Source: a bacterium (lineage in GTDB: Bacteria > Patescibacteriota > Minisyncoccia > Phycocordibacterales > Zambryskibacteraceae). From it: a DNA stretch of 64,000 nucleotides. The notes under the pieces are model-generated. The model was not told where the DNA came from, did not search any database, and worked only from the letters and a program-made list of their open reading frames with translations. The stretch covers positions 68,623-132,622 of the forward strand of contig JAHFOF010000002.1 in NCBI GenBank assembly GCA_023266935.1. The letters run 5' to 3'. Shown one piece after another: positions 1 to 10,405 of this stretch. The position numbers were made by a program, and so were the translations under genes. How positions within the stretch are numbered: the first letter of the stretch is position 1; the number at the start of each line of letters is the position of its first letter.

Positions 1-273
1 TATATCAAGACTAAAATTCATATCCTTCATCCAAAATCCGTGCTTGTCCGCAGAAGGAAAAACAAAAAGCATCGCCTGCCCTTCTTCTAAACCCTTGCGA
101 CCACTCAATCCGAGCGTACGCAGAGCATCTGTATCAGCGATTTGGGCGTTCACTTGTGCATCACCAATAGAAACAGTCGTGGTTTTATATTCATTTTGAC
201 TTTTTGGTTCTGGGAAAATAGCTAAAACAAAAAATAGAACGATAATCGTGATAACAGCTACAAGATATTTCAT
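1..273 (-). CDS. DUF192-family protein (3' end outside window)
   Basis: Manual translation MKYLVAVITIIVLFFVL...IADTDALRTLGLSGR...MLFVF...FWMKDMNFSLDI carries the DUF192 motifs; N-terminal TM segment. Confidence 0.8.
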   Translation of the reverse strand, partial: MKYLVAVITIIVLFFVLAIFPEPKSQNEYKTTTVSIGDAQVNAQIADTDALRTLGLSGRKGLEEGQAMLFVFPSADKHGFWMKDMNFSLDI

Positions 274-314
274 AAATATATTTTAACACATACCTTCGAT
301 CAAATTTAGACAAA

Positions 315-344
315 CAAAAAATCCCGCGTGAGCGAGATTTTTTG
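315..344 (-). terminator. Intrinsic terminator after RRM gene
   Basis: caaaaaatcccgc-gtga-gcgagattttttg hairpin with A/T tracts. Confidence 0.6.
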
Positions 345-379
345 ACCTTAGATTTTTCCTTGCGGATAAATCGTGGAAG

Positions 380-664
380 TTACATAGGACGTCGATTGTC
401 TCGAGGAGCACGAGGCTCAAGCGGACGAGCGATGTTCACAGTAAGTTTTCGACCTTCGAAATCCTGACCATTGAACATGTTGATTGCTGCATCTGCTTCT
501 GCTTCGTTACTCATCTCAACGAATCCGAAACCTTTGCTTCGACCAGTCATACGATCAATGATGATCGATGCTGAAGTGACAGCACCTGCTTTCGCAAATG
601 CGTCTCGAAGTGCTGCTTCTGTCGTAGTATAAGGAATACCACCGACGTAGAGCTTTGTTGACAT
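380..664 (-). CDS. RRM (RNP-1) RNA-binding protein
   Basis: KLYVGGI (RNP2) and SKGFGFVEM (RNP1) motifs. Confidence 0.95.
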   Translation of the reverse strand: MSTKLYVGGIPYTTTEAALRDAFAKAGAVTSASIIIDRMTGRSKGFGFVEMSNEAEADAAINMFNGQDFEGRKLTVNIARPLEPRAPRDNRRPM

Positions 665-811
665 TACATTTTCTTGCCGGCCTTTATGCTAAGTATGTAA
701 GCGCCGGACTTTTCTCTAGAAACGAAACATTGCGGTTTGACCCTATGTGCCTCTTCCACGAGAACTTACATGCACCTAACCTTAGCAAAATTAAAGCCAT
801 TTGTCAACCTA

Positions 812-1180
812 CTATTTTTCTTTTAGATCGAGGCACACAGAATTGATGCAGTATCTTTGTCCAGTCTTCGTGGGTCCATCATTGAATACGTGGCCCAGGT
901 GAGCCCCACAATTCGCACATTCAACTTCTGTTCGATGTGTGCCCATAGAATTATCTTCCTTTAGAATGATGTTTTTGGTGTTCGCTGGATTATCAAACGA
1001 TGGCCAACCAGTACCTGAATCAAACTTTGCATCAGAATCAAACAATTCTGCTCCACAAACTTTGCAGACATATATGCCTTCATCTTTTGTATGCACAAAT
1101 TCTCCAGTAAAAGGTGCCTCAGTCCCTTTTTCTCGAATCACGTGATATTCTTCTGGTGTTAGTTCGTTGTCTTTTTTCAT
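812..1180 (-). CDS. msrB: Methionine-R-sulfoxide reductase
   Basis: [35 protein letters not shown]. Confidence 0.97.
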   Translation of the reverse strand: MKKDNELTPEEYHVIREKGTEAPFTGEFVHTKDEGIYVCKVCGAELFDSDAKFDSGTGWPSFDNPANTKNIILKEDNSMGTHRTEVECANCGAHLGHVFNDGPTKTGQRYCINSVCLDLKEK

Positions 1181-1192
1181 TCAATAATTGTA

Positions 1193-1762
1193 TTACATCT
1201 CGACGTCTGTGCCGAGTGAGCCCCAAAGATGAAGGGAGAAGGCGGTTAATTCCCCTTCATACGGTTTGGCCAACCTTCGCATCGTGCGTTCGGCTGGGCG
1301 AGATTTCAGTTTAAAAACTTTTTGGAAACCTTTCACAATCCCCAAATCTCCTACGGGTAAGATATTTGGACGATTCAAAGCAAAGATGAGAAACATGTCA
1401 GCGGTCCACGGACCGATGCCTTTCACCTTCAACAAATGCTCTTTCACTTCTGCATCATTCATTTTTGAAAAATGTCTAAGATGAATCGTCTCATCCAAAA
1501 ACTTTCGAGCGAGGTCGGTGAGATAAGTTTGTTTTTGAGGAGAAAGTCCGGAGGATTTAAGTTGAAGAGAATTCAAAGTCAGAAAATTTTCGGGCGTCAC
1601 CTTTTTCTTTTCAAACAGAATCAAAAATCTTTTAAGAATCGCGTCTCCTGCCTTTAAAGAAATCTGTTGATAAATAATCGCTCGAGCGAGAGACAAGAAA
1701 GCATTCTTCGTCGGTTCAATTCGTCGAAGTTTCTTTTTGTTTATTTTTATTTTTTTCTGCAT
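1193..1762 (-). CDS. DNA-3-methyladenine glycosylase (AlkA/HhH-GPD family)
   Basis: IIYQQIS, HhH VKGIGPWTADMFLIF, LPVGDLG. Confidence 0.9.
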   Translation of the reverse strand: MQKKIKINKKKLRRIEPTKNAFLSLARAIIYQQISLKAGDAILKRFLILFEKKKVTPENFLTLNSLQLKSSGLSPQKQTYLTDLARKFLDETIHLRHFSKMNDAEVKEHLLKVKGIGPWTADMFLIFALNRPNILPVGDLGIVKGFQKVFKLKSRPAERTMRRLAKPYEGELTAFSLHLWGSLGTDVEM

Positions 1763-2511
1763 TAAGACTCTGGTTGGAGAGTAATGGATTTGATAACCAC
1801 TGGTTCAACCGGCCTGTCGTTCTGATCCGTTGATACAGCATTAATAGCCATCACCACATCCATACCGGAAACCACTTTTCCAAACACCGTGTGTTTAGTG
1901 TCTAAGAAATTATTTGGAGCAGCATTGAAGAAAAATTGGCTACCGTTTGTGTCTGGTCCAGCATTCGCCATCGCAAGTGTGCCTTGATCATTTTTGTTGT
2001 TCGGACCCAACTCATCTTTAAAGGTATACCCCGGACCACCTGTTCCCCATCGAGCCATTTGTGAATCATCTTTTGAAAGAGGATCTCCACCCTGATTCAT
2101 AAATCCTTTAATCACTCTGTGGAACTTGGTCCCATCATAAAAACCTTCGTTAGCAAGTTTAAGAAAGTTTTCAACAGTATTCGGAGTATCAGGATTAAAG
2201 ACGACAGTAATATCTCCTTTGGTGGTATGAAATATGGCGCTCATGATTTTTATGGTTTTAGTGGTAGTTTGCCCCGAATTGGTCGAGGAAGTGGGTTGGT
2301 TATTAATTGGACCAGAGACTACATTGTTCGATGGTGATGAAATGTTGGGTGCTGGCTGGTTAGAAACTGAGTCGTTTGTGGCGGGAGAAACAAGAAGAGG
2401 TTTGTCTGTATTATAAACATTTGCCGTACCCGTGTCCCCCCTCCCGTAGAACCAATACAAACCACCGAGCACCACCACAACTCCAACAAGCATTAACAAT
2501 ACTCTTTGCAT
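1762..2511 (-). CDS. Membrane-anchored cyclophilin-type peptidyl-prolyl isomerase
   Basis: [29 protein letters not shown]; N-terminal TM and low-complexity linker. Confidence 0.93.
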   Translation of the reverse strand: MQRVLLMLVGVVVVLGGLYWFYGRGDTGTANVYNTDKPLLVSPATNDSVSNQPAPNISSPSNNVVSGPINNQPTSSTNSGQTTTKTIKIMSAIFHTTKGDITVVFNPDTPNTVENFLKLANEGFYDGTKFHRVIKGFMNQGGDPLSKDDSQMARWGTGGPGYTFKDELGPNNKNDQGTLAMANAGPDTNGSQFFFNAAPNNFLDTKHTVFGKVVSGMDVVMAINAVSTDQNDRPVEPVVIKSITLQPES

Positions 2512-2515
2512 CGAA

Positions 2516-3676
2516 CTAGTTTACCACATTCGACATTTTCTTCAGCATCTCTCCGGCTTCGTCGGTGTGGATGACAAAAACTTTTACCTTGCCTCCGTTC
2601 GAAATGTCATCTCCATCTACTGCAGAAATATTTTTCTCATTATTTATATTTAAATCGAGCCAACTCAACTCTTTACAAATTTTTTCTCGGATAATAAAAG
2701 ATCTTTCACCGATGGTACCGGAGAAGACAATCGCCTCTACTCCACCGAGCACCGCAGTATACGCCCCGATATATTTTATAATATGATAAACGAAAGCTTC
2801 TACCGCATCTTTCGCTCCTCCATGACCTTCTTTTTCTGCATCCAAGAGAATTCGCATATCATCTGAAAGTCCGCTGATAGCTAACAATCCACTTTGATTA
2901 TAAAAAATTTCTTCTAATTCGTTCGGAGAATGTTTCCTCGTCAGATTAAGCACCGCGCCTACATCGATGTTCCCCACTCTCGAACTCATGATTAAACCTT
3001 CGAGTGGAGAATAACCCATCGAAGTATCTACGCTCTGACCGTCGAGTAATGCGGTGATACTCGCTCCACTCCCGAGGTGACAGACGATCACCTTGCCTCC
3101 GATTACTTCTTTTAATTTTGGATTAGAAGCAATACTCGAGACGGATAATCCGTGGTATCCGAATCTATACAGATCTTCGTTTTCGACCAAAGCTTTCGGG
3201 ATAGCATAATCTCGAGCCACCTTGAGTAAAGTTGAATGAAAGGCACTGTCCGATACAGCTACTATTTGTATATTCGGGAACAAACTTCGAGTTTTTTCCA
3301 TCTCTTGAATCATCGGTCCAATGTGAACCAAATCGTTCTGGGCTATAGCATTTAATCGTTTTAAAAATTCTTCATCTACTGTTCGATCAACAGCAAAAAA
3401 GACTCCAGGAGCAACGATTCTGAACCCGATATTTTGAATGGGTTTGGCCTCGCTTATTAAAGCTTTCTCTCTGGCTTTTTTTATAAAAGTTTCTAGAGCG
3501 TTTTCAAATATGTCTTGTGTCGTGGATAAAGTCGTTTCGTTTGAATAAGAAAGAGCGAAAGAATCTTTATCTCTTTCAAAATGCGCAGTCAACAATAAAT
3601 TATTTCCTGAATACAAAGAATATTTTTTCGAAGCGCTGCCGATGTTTATGACGAGAATTAATTTTTCCATTGCCAT
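2516..3676 (-). CDS. ackA: Acetate kinase
   Basis: [42 protein letters not shown]. Confidence 0.93.
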   Translation of the reverse strand: MAMEKLILVINIGSASKKYSLYSGNNLLLTAHFERDKDSFALSYSNETTLSTTQDIFENALETFIKKAREKALISEAKPIQNIGFRIVAPGVFFAVDRTVDEEFLKRLNAIAQNDLVHIGPMIQEMEKTRSLFPNIQIVAVSDSAFHSTLLKVARDYAIPKALVENEDLYRFGYHGLSVSSIASNPKLKEVIGGKVIVCHLGSGASITALLDGQSVDTSMGYSPLEGLIMSSRVGNIDVGAVLNLTRKHSPNELEEIFYNQSGLLAISGLSDDMRILLDAEKEGHGGAKDAVEAFVYHIIKYIGAYTAVLGGVEAIVFSGTIGERSFIIREKICKELSWLDLNINNEKNISAVDGDDISNGGKVKVFVIHTDEAGEMLKKMSNVVN

Positions 3677-5985
3677 GAGGTTATGTATTCTGGATCGTCT
3701 CCATTTGTTTCGATATAATCTCGATGCTCGGCCAACAACTTTTCATATTTATTTTTTATCTCATTCGCTTTGTCTTTGCTTATCACTCCTCTCTCACTCA
3801 TAAGATCAACCGCTTCGATAATGAGGTGAAAACGACTAGTTCTGTTTCTCACTTGCATATCGAATGGAGTGGTCGTCGAACCGTGTTCTAAATATCCATG
3901 GATGTAGAAACGCCCAACTGCACTTTCTTCATCGAACAAAATTTGTTTAATCGTTTCTGGATAACCGTGGAAATTCAAAATCACCGGTTTATCTTCAGTA
4001 AAATATTTTTTAAAATCAGACATGAATCCTTTGGGTTTGGTTTCTTCCCTCCCGCTCGAAGAAAGTTCGACGATGTTCACAAAACGAGTTTTGATTTCCG
4101 GAGCGTCTTCTTTTAAAAGAGAAATCGCAGCCAAACATTCTTTGGTCAGATAATCTCCAGCTGAAGAAAAAATGATGTCTGGATTTTCTTCGCTCGCAAA
4201 GTCCCAAATCATCGCTCCTTTATCAAGCGCTTCCTCAGCTTGTTCGAGAGTGAGCCATTCGGGCATATCGGCCTTACCCGAAACCAAAGCATTGATTTGT
4301 TCCTTGGATTCTAAACATTTCTTCAAAGCGACGAGAGTGCTGTTCCTGTCCACGGGGAAATAAACATGAACGAACGAACCGTGTTTCTGAAGTACCGAAT
4401 CGATGAAACCGGGGTTTTGGTGAGAAAAACCGTTGTGCTCTTGTGCCCAACCGGGGCTCGTTAAAATATAGTTAAGCGAAGCCACGTGTCCTCTCCAAGG
4501 TATCTCTCGAGCAACACGAATAAACTTGGCATATTGGTCTGTCATACTGCTCACTATGGGCATAAAGGCTTCATACGAAGGAAAGATAGCGTGTCGACCG
4601 GTCAAAACATATCCTTGCATCAAACCTTGGAGAGAGTGCTCGGAAAGCATCTCTATCACTCGACCGGTACGAGCCATGTCTTCATCTTGATCCAGGTGTG
4701 GCCAAACGAAGGCTCTAGTTGTGGCTTCGAAAATTGCGTTTAATTTATTTGAATAAGTTTCGTCAGGAGAAAAGATGCGAAAGTTTTTTGAAGGTTCGTT
4801 CATATCCAACACTCGTTTGAGATAATGCCCCGCAGATTTCATACTGCTTGCAAGCGTCGCACCAGGAGACGTCACCGCCCCAGCATCTTCGGTCACTTCG
4901 GGCAAAAACAAATCATGGCAAACCTTTTCTCCGCCGAAACATTGTCTGTTGTTTCCTATTCTCCTGTCTTCTTTAGGAATTAATCCTTTGATTTCTTCTA
5001 CGAAACCTTTTTCTTTATCAAAAAGTTCATTGAATTTATACGAACGTAACCAATCTTCAACCGCTTTCAATTCTTCCGGATCACTCTTCGCATTTGTAGC
5101 TACCACTTGATGTGAAGCGAAGTTGCCTTCGATTTTTTTGCCGTGCAATTCTTTTATCCCACTCTCTCCTTTGAGTGTAGTAAGCACAATCATCGGAAAG
5201 TGGGGAGAAACGGGGTTTGATTTTTTAATCTCCAGAATTTCTTCATAGCAATCTTCGAGCGTTTTAGATAATCGTTCGTGCACTCCTTCACCACCTTCGA
5301 CAAAATGCGGTTTGTATCCGTAGCCAACGAACAAAGAATTTAATTCTTCATCAGACATTCGACCAAAAATAGTTGGACCGGAAATTTTATAACCATTCCT
5401 ATGAAGCACCGGTAGAACCGTCCCATTCGTTTTTGGGTCGATGAATTTATTTATATGCCATGCTGTGGCCAAAGGTCCCGTTTCTGCTTCTCCATCACCG
5501 ATGAGAACAGTAGCAATCAAATTTGGATTATCTAAAACTGCTCCATACGCAGTTGAAAGTGAATAACCAAGCTCTCCCCCTTCGAGTATGGCTCCAGGGG
5601 TACCCGGATTAGTGTGGCTAGGAAATCCATACGGCCAGCTGAAAAGCTTTATCATCTCACTAATACCCTTTTCATTCTGCGTGAGGTTCGGGTAATACTT
5701 TGAAAGAGTACCTTCGAGAAAGAGGTTCGCCTGAAGTCCAGCGAAGCCGTGTCCAGGACCCAATACAAAAATCATGTCCAAATCGTGCTTTATCACCAAC
5801 GCATTCAGATGTGCATAGAGAAGGTTCACCCCTGGACAAGTCCCCCAGTGTCCGAGCAAACGGGGCTTTATATCATCAAATGAGAGTGGCCGTTCGAGTA
5901 GAAAATTATCCTTGAGAAATATCTGCGCAGTGGTCATATAGTTCGCCGCCCGAACATACATTTCAAAGTTTTTGTCTTCAATCAT
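3658..5985 (-). CDS. xfp: Xylulose-5-P/fructose-6-P phosphoketolase
   Basis: LGHWGTCPG, GPGHG, EGGELGY, GDGEAETGP, HNGFSHQNPG. Confidence 0.95.
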   Translation of the reverse strand: MIEDKNFEMYVRAANYMTTAQIFLKDNFLLERPLSFDDIKPRLLGHWGTCPGVNLLYAHLNALVIKHDLDMIFVLGPGHGFAGLQANLFLEGTLSKYYPNLTQNEKGISEMIKLFSWPYGFPSHTNPGTPGAILEGGELGYSLSTAYGAVLDNPNLIATVLIGDGEAETGPLATAWHINKFIDPKTNGTVLPVLHRNGYKISGPTIFGRMSDEELNSLFVGYGYKPHFVEGGEGVHERLSKTLEDCYEEILEIKKSNPVSPHFPMIVLTTLKGESGIKELHGKKIEGNFASHQVVATNAKSDPEELKAVEDWLRSYKFNELFDKEKGFVEEIKGLIPKEDRRIGNNRQCFGGEKVCHDLFLPEVTEDAGAVTSPGATLASSMKSAGHYLKRVLDMNEPSKNFRIFSPDETYSNKLNAIFEATTRAFVWPHLDQDEDMARTGRVIEMLSEHSLQGLMQGYVLTGRHAIFPSYEAFMPIVSSMTDQYAKFIRVAREIPWRGHVASLNYILTSPGWAQEHNGFSHQNPGFIDSVLQKHGSFVHVYFPVDRNSTLVALKKCLESKEQINALVSGKADMPEWLTLEQAEEALDKGAMIWDFASEENPDIIFSSAGDYLTKECLAAISLLKEDAPEIKTRFVNIVELSSSGREETKPKGFMSDFKKYFTEDKPVILNFHGYPETIKQILFDEESAVGRFYIHGYLEHGSTTTPFDMQVRNRTSRFHLIIEAVDLMSERGVISKDKANEIKNKYEKLLAEHRDYIETNGDDPEYITSWQWKN

Positions 5986-6047
5986 GTATATAGAATACCA
6001 TTATTTGACCCTAACCCCCATACTCCTTTCCACCATTATTAATGGTT

Positions 6048-6461
6048 TTATTTGTTAAACTCCAGGTTCAAACTCACGAGTTTGTGGAGTTCAACTTTGA
6101 ATGAAATAGGTCTAAGCACGTTAGACATGCTGTTTGCACCTTCACCAATCGTATAGTTTCCAGGGACTAAATCTTGAGAAAAATATCCGCCTGCATCAGT
6201 TCTCACTATGATTTCTTTAGTTCCACTTCTTATCACCAAAGCAGTTTGTTGGGGTTGACCACCTATGGTCACTATCCCTTCTACTCCTGTATCCACTCTA
6301 CCCGGTCGAGCGACAATCACTTCGTTTGGTTGTTCTTGGCTGATAATATAGTCCACAACTTTCGGCACCCAAGTTTTCTGTGTGAGCAACAATCCAATAC
6401 CAATAATAATTAGAATAAAAAGAAAAATCCGGATGAACTTCATTTGTGAAGAATTAATCAT
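6048..6461 (-). CDS. Hypothetical membrane-anchored protein (carboxypeptidase-regulatory-like beta domain possible)
   Basis: N-terminal TM; TDAGGYF...LVPGNYTI pattern. Confidence 0.55.
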   Translation of the reverse strand: MINSSQMKFIRIFLFILIIIGIGLLLTQKTWVPKVVDYIISQEQPNEVIVARPGRVDTGVEGIVTIGGQPQQTALVIRSGTKEIIVRTDAGGYFSQDLVPGNYTIGEGANSMSNVLRPISFKVELHKLVSLNLEFNK

Positions 6462-6535
6462 TCTTATATTTTATCACCAATGTCAACCATTCGACCATTC
6501 GCACAAATTAAAGATGGTTTTTCAAACTTAGAAAA

Positions 6536-6559
6536 AACTCCGTAGGTTTCTACGGAGTT
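6536..6559 (-). terminator. Intrinsic terminator
   Basis: aactccgtag-gttt-ctacggagtt hairpin at the stop of 6558..7181, followed by a U-tract on the minus strand. Confidence 0.6.
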
Positions 6560-7181
6560 ACCAGCGTTTGCGGGTAGTGATAGCTGGGGTAACAACTTTG
6601 CCCTCCTCGGCCAGTTTCTGTCGATACTGGGCTCGTTTGTGACGAGCAATCTTCACATAGAGCTTCATACCCAGAGGCAGTGGGGTATCCCAGTTGCAAA
6701 CAACGAATTTGCGCGTTGGATGTTGGGTCTTGTTCCCACAATACCAGTATCGACTCTTCAGTACCCGCCCGTGGACAACCATCATGAATTCTCCACATTG
6801 CGGACACTTCGGCCGATAACGCACTCGGATTCGAGCAACTCTCGCTTGATTCAGCAAGTTATCCAAAAAGTTCTTCGTCCGATGAATCGGGTGACTCGAG
6901 TAGAGAATCTTGTCATCCCCTACGATGAGCACCCAACCAGCGTCTTCTTCCCTCGCTTCGCCTTCGTCTCGGAGCCAGGTGGTCCAGACATAAACATCCA
7001 GACCGTTGTCCGAATAGACATAGCCGGCTTCCTTGCCCGACCTCTGGCGTGGAGGTTTGAGACCAAACTTCAGGATATCCCTTCCCACTTCTGCAGAAGA
7101 GACTGGCCGAAAACCAAATCCAGTGAGGCGAGATTCAAATATCTCGAACTCGATGGGGTTCGGCAAGATTTTTTTTGGCAC
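6558..7181 (-). CDS. Hypothetical protein with C-terminal Zn-ribbon
   Basis: CPQC...WYC...C motif; GTG start with GGAGG RBS. Confidence 0.6.
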   Translation of the reverse strand: MPKKILPNPIEFEIFESRLTGFGFRPVSSAEVGRDILKFGLKPPRQRSGKEAGYVYSDNGLDVYVWTTWLRDEGEAREEDAGWVLIVGDDKILYSSHPIHRTKNFLDNLLNQARVARIRVRYRPKCPQCGEFMMVVHGRVLKSRYWYCGNKTQHPTRKFVVCNWDTPLPLGMKLYVKIARHKRAQYRQKLAEEGKVVTPAITTRKRW

Positions 7182-7272
7182 TTAAACCTCCGACGAAAAA
7201 ATGAGGAGCAAGATGTGCGTTCCTAAACCATTTATAACCTTTTAAATAAAAAACCACAAGACTAGCTTGTGG

Positions 7273-7494
7273 TTATAACAAATCAATATACGGACGAACT
7301 TTGATGTAGCACTGGAACCACCATGCGACACCACAGAGAACAGTAACGATGCGAAAGTGATTAGCAAACTCCCGTCCGCCGACGGAGAAAAACAGAAATT
7401 CGAACGCTGTGATGATGATGGCCATCCCACCGAACCCGATGAACACAAGATACGTCTTCGGGCGCTGGATGGAGAGAGATCTAAAGAACCCCAT
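7273..7494 (-). CDS. Small hypothetical membrane protein
   Basis: AGGAGG RBS before ATG 7494 (MGFFRSLS...); two hydrophobic segments. Confidence 0.55.
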   Translation of the reverse strand: MGFFRSLSIQRPKTYLVFIGFGGMAIIITAFEFLFFSVGGREFANHFRIVTVLCGVAWWFQCYIKVRPYIDLL

Positions 7495-7511
7495 GTTGTT
7501 TCCTCCTGAAG

Positions 7512-8045
7512 TCACACGGTGATGGTCTGCTTCCCTCGCCTCTGCCTGATTGTTCTCAAACGACCAAACAGAGAAATCGAAGGAATAACAACAAATGTGA
7601 GGACAGCACCAGCAATCAACCAAACCAAGATGAAAGCGATGACCGCCGGACCAAGAATGAAAGCCAGACCGTGCGTGAACCAGAACGAGAAGTGTCCTCC
7701 ATTGAAATCATAGAAGATATCCTCGAAAAGATCCTGTTCGACCGCTTCTTGGTAATTCCAGTTGCGTTTGATGCCGAAAAGATGTCCATTCGAACTATGC
7801 AGTTGCTGGTTTGCCCATCGAATTCGATGCTTCTGACCACCGGGGAGGTAGCATGGAGCGATCTCCCTAAAGCATTCGAAAGCCAAGGTCCATCGCCCAC
7901 GACTGAGTCGGCCACTCCGCAAAGCATAGCCAACGCTCGTCAGAAAGTACCAACCCATAAAACAAATGATTAGGTACCCGATGGTTGAGAGGATGACGAG
8001 CGAGGTGAAAGCCCAGCTGGGCAGATTGAAAATCTGTTCATGCAT
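7512..8045 (-). CDS. Hypothetical membrane protein
   Basis: 177-aa ORF with TM segments; GAGG RBS. Confidence 0.6.
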   Translation of the reverse strand: MHEQIFNLPSWAFTSLVILSTIGYLIICFMGWYFLTSVGYALRSGRLSRGRWTLAFECFREIAPCYLPGGQKHRIRWANQQLHSSNGHLFGIKRNWNYQEAVEQDLFEDIFYDFNGGHFSFWFTHGLAFILGPAVIAFILVWLIAGAVLTFVVIPSISLFGRLRTIRQRRGKQTITV

Positions 8046-8126
8046 CGTGACCTCATGCGTTGTGAGAGAGCGAAAGTCTTAAACCATAAAAGCATCTGAA
8101 GTAAATTTTGTCAAATTTTCCGACTT

Positions 8127-8214
8127 TGGCGGAAGCGGAGAGATTCGAACTCTCGGTGGGTTTCCCCACGCCACGTTTCCAACGTGGTGCACTAGACCAC
8201 TATGCGACGCTTCC
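8127..8214 (-). tRNA. tRNA-Ser(GGA)
   Basis: ggaagcg...cgcttccg-cca acceptor stem, anticodon arm ccacg-ttGGAaa-cgtgg, long variable arm, TTCGAAT loop. Confidence 0.95.
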
Positions 8215-8236
8215 CGATATTAATTTTGAAAGCTTT

Positions 8237-8297
8237 CACTAGACCACCCATCGCCTTTGGCGAGGTCCCGCCGTAGGCGGTGATATGCGACGCTTCC
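8237..8297 (-). repeat. Duplicated 5' 25 nt of tRNA-Ser(GGA) interrupted by a 36-bp double-hairpin element (8248-8283)
   Basis: ggaagcgtcgcata[tcaccgcctacggcgggacctcgccaaaggcgatgg]gtggtctagtg. Confidence 0.9.
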
Positions 8298-8314
8298 AGA
8301 ATACAAATACTATA

Positions 8315-8923
8315 TTATTTGGCGATTTCTGAATACACCACCACTTTATTTCTCCCACTTCTTTTCGCTTTGTATAAACATTTATCCGCACGATCGATGA
8401 TATTTTCAAAGGTTACGCCTTCATCTGTCGAGGCCACTCCTGCAGAAATAGTAACTTTGAATCCATCATCTTCATTAAATGCGAGGCGCTCGATTGCTTT
8501 CCTGATTTCTTCGGCTTTCTTCTTCGCCTGCTTCTCATCTGCTCCGAGGAGAGCGACCACGATTTCTTCCCCACCCCATCTGCATACTACGTCTTCATCT
8601 CGCACGCATTCTTCTATAGTATGAGCGACCACTTTCAACACTTCGTCTCCAGTGAGGTGCCCATGCTTATCATTTATTTTTTTAAAATGATCGATATCGA
8701 AAAAAATAAAACTCATGTTCTTTAATCCAAACCATGCTCGTCTCTGTGAATGTCTTTCACCTTCTATAGAATTAAAGTGATTACGCGCTTCAACATTAAA
8801 AAACGCACGAGTCTTTATATGAGTCAACGAATCATGAATGAGGTCTTGTTGGAGAAGTTTAACCTTGTGCTCCAAATCAACGATGCGTTTCCTCATTTCT
8901 TCTGGAGTCTGAATTTCTTTCAT
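8315..8923 (-). CDS. GGDEF diguanylate cyclase
   Basis: DIDHFKKIND, HGHLTGD, RWGGEE; probable start MKEIQ at 8923. Confidence 0.9.
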   Translation of the reverse strand: MKEIQTPEEMRKRIVDLEHKVKLLQQDLIHDSLTHIKTRAFFNVEARNHFNSIEGERHSQRRAWFGLKNMSFIFFDIDHFKKINDKHGHLTGDEVLKVVAHTIEECVRDEDVVCRWGGEEIVVALLGADEKQAKKKAEEIRKAIERLAFNEDDGFKVTISAGVASTDEGVTFENIIDRADKCLYKAKRSGRNKVVVYSEIAK

Positions 8924-8933
8924 TTTATCTAGA

Positions 8934-9794
8934 TTACCATTTTCCTGAAGACCCGCCACCCCCACTCATGCCTCCACCGAACCCTCCGAAACCTCCACCA
9001 AAACCACCACCCCCACCTCTGCCTCCTCCAATCCACCAGGGAGGATTCGTACCGGATAATTTATGTTTCTCGTATTGTTTAGAAACAAGATAATCCAATA
9101 GGAGACCGAAGGGAATAAGCACGATGCCCGCGATTATCCCCACAGTTAAGGAGGAAACAAACACCAAAATAATACTAATGATTCCCCCAAGTACTCCACC
9201 CATCCACCAAGATTTGGATCGACCCAAAATAGAAATCAAATAAATGATGAAAAATGGAATGTAAATCCATAATCTAGAAAACAGCGAAAAGTTCAATGTT
9301 TGAGGAGGAGGAAGTGCACCCCCGTTTAATAAATTTGTGATCTGATCCGCACCGAGTCCTAACCCCAAAGCATAATTCCCTTTCTTAAACTCTGGAGTAA
9401 TAATCTCATTTATGATTCTCGAAGTGGTGATATCTGTGAGCGTCGACTCGAGTCCGTACCCAACTTCCATTCTCATTTCCCTGTCATCTACTGAAACAAG
9501 AATAAGGGCGCCGTTGTTTTTGTCTTTTTTTCCAATTCCCCAATCTGCGAACAATTTGACCGCAAAGTTTTCTATCGTATCTCCATCGAGAGATTTTATA
9601 ATCACTATAGACACTTCGTCTCCTGTAGATTTCTCTAGAGCCGAAAGTTTATTTTCTAGAAACGATTTATCCTGAACAGAAAGTATTTGAGCAAAATCGT
9701 TCACAAACCCTGTTGATTGACCGGGATTCGTATAAGCGAAAGACAGGATAGGAATTAAAAGCAACCCAAAAACTGGCGCTACAAATTTCCGCAT
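8934..9794 (-). CDS. TPM-domain membrane protein
   Basis: WGIGKKDKNNGAL, EVGYGLE, Gly-rich C-terminus; adjacent to lemA. Confidence 0.9.
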   Translation of the reverse strand: MRKFVAPVFGLLLIPILSFAYTNPGQSTGFVNDFAQILSVQDKSFLENKLSALEKSTGDEVSIVIIKSLDGDTIENFAVKLFADWGIGKKDKNNGALILVSVDDREMRMEVGYGLESTLTDITTSRIINEIITPEFKKGNYALGLGLGADQITNLLNGGALPPPQTLNFSLFSRLWIYIPFFIIYLISILGRSKSWWMGGVLGGIISIILVFVSSLTVGIIAGIVLIPFGLLLDYLVSKQYEKHKLSGTNPPWWIGGGRGGGGGFGGGFGGFGGGMSGGGGSSGKW

Positions 9795-9800
9795 TTGGGT

Positions 9801-10358
9801 TTATTGGAGATTAACCGTCGGAGCTGTAGCCGAACCAGAAGTGGCTTCAAAGTATGTTCGTTCATGAAAACCAAAGAGTCCAACAAATAGGTTTGTTGGG
9901 AATCTTTTCACCACGAGGTTAAAACTTTTAACCATGTCGTTGTATCTCATGCGTTCTACACTGATTCGGTTTTCTGTTCCTTCGAGCGAAACCATGAGGT
10001 CCTTCACATTGTTTGATGATTGAAGTGCAGGATAATTCTCCATCACAACTAATAATCGTGCGAAAGAAGATTCGACTTGGGTAGCCGCTGCTGCTTTGGT
10101 ATCTGGAGTGGTCGCACCGGCGTATTTAGTACGAGCATCAGCGATATCACCGAAAACTTTTTGCTCTTGAGTCATCATCCCTTTCACTGAATTTACGAGG
10201 CTGGGAATGAGGTCAAAGCGCCTCTGATAATTCGACTCAACTTGCGCCCATTGGGCATCCGCATTTTGGTTTAGAGTGACAAGTTTGTTATACGAAGACC
10301 AAACATACAACACCACGAGTACAGCAACACCTAAAACAATCCATTTTGTTTTACTCAT
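9801..10358 (-). CDS. lemA: LemA family protein
   Basis: YQRRFDLIPSLV, ENYPAL, TENRISVER, FPTNL. Confidence 0.93.
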   Translation of the reverse strand: MSKTKWIVLGVAVLVVLYVWSSYNKLVTLNQNADAQWAQVESNYQRRFDLIPSLVNSVKGMMTQEQKVFGDIADARTKYAGATTPDTKAAAATQVESSFARLLVVMENYPALQSSNNVKDLMVSLEGTENRISVERMRYNDMVKSFNLVVKRFPTNLFVGLFGFHERTYFEATSGSATAPTVNLQ

Positions 10359-10405
10359 ATTTTTAATTATTACTTACCTCGATTATACAGGAATTCGAGA
10401 GAAAA

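Noticed and set aside
6639-7226. 195-aa + strand ORF and similar long antisense ORFs (e.g. 14028..14807, 36374..36874, 39885..40421)
   Set aside because: Shadow frames of GC-richer genes or repeats; the opposite strand has the RBS, motifs or terminators.
8941-9030. ccacc/cctcc low-complexity repeats
   Set aside because: They encode the ordinary Gly-rich tail of TPM-domain proteins.
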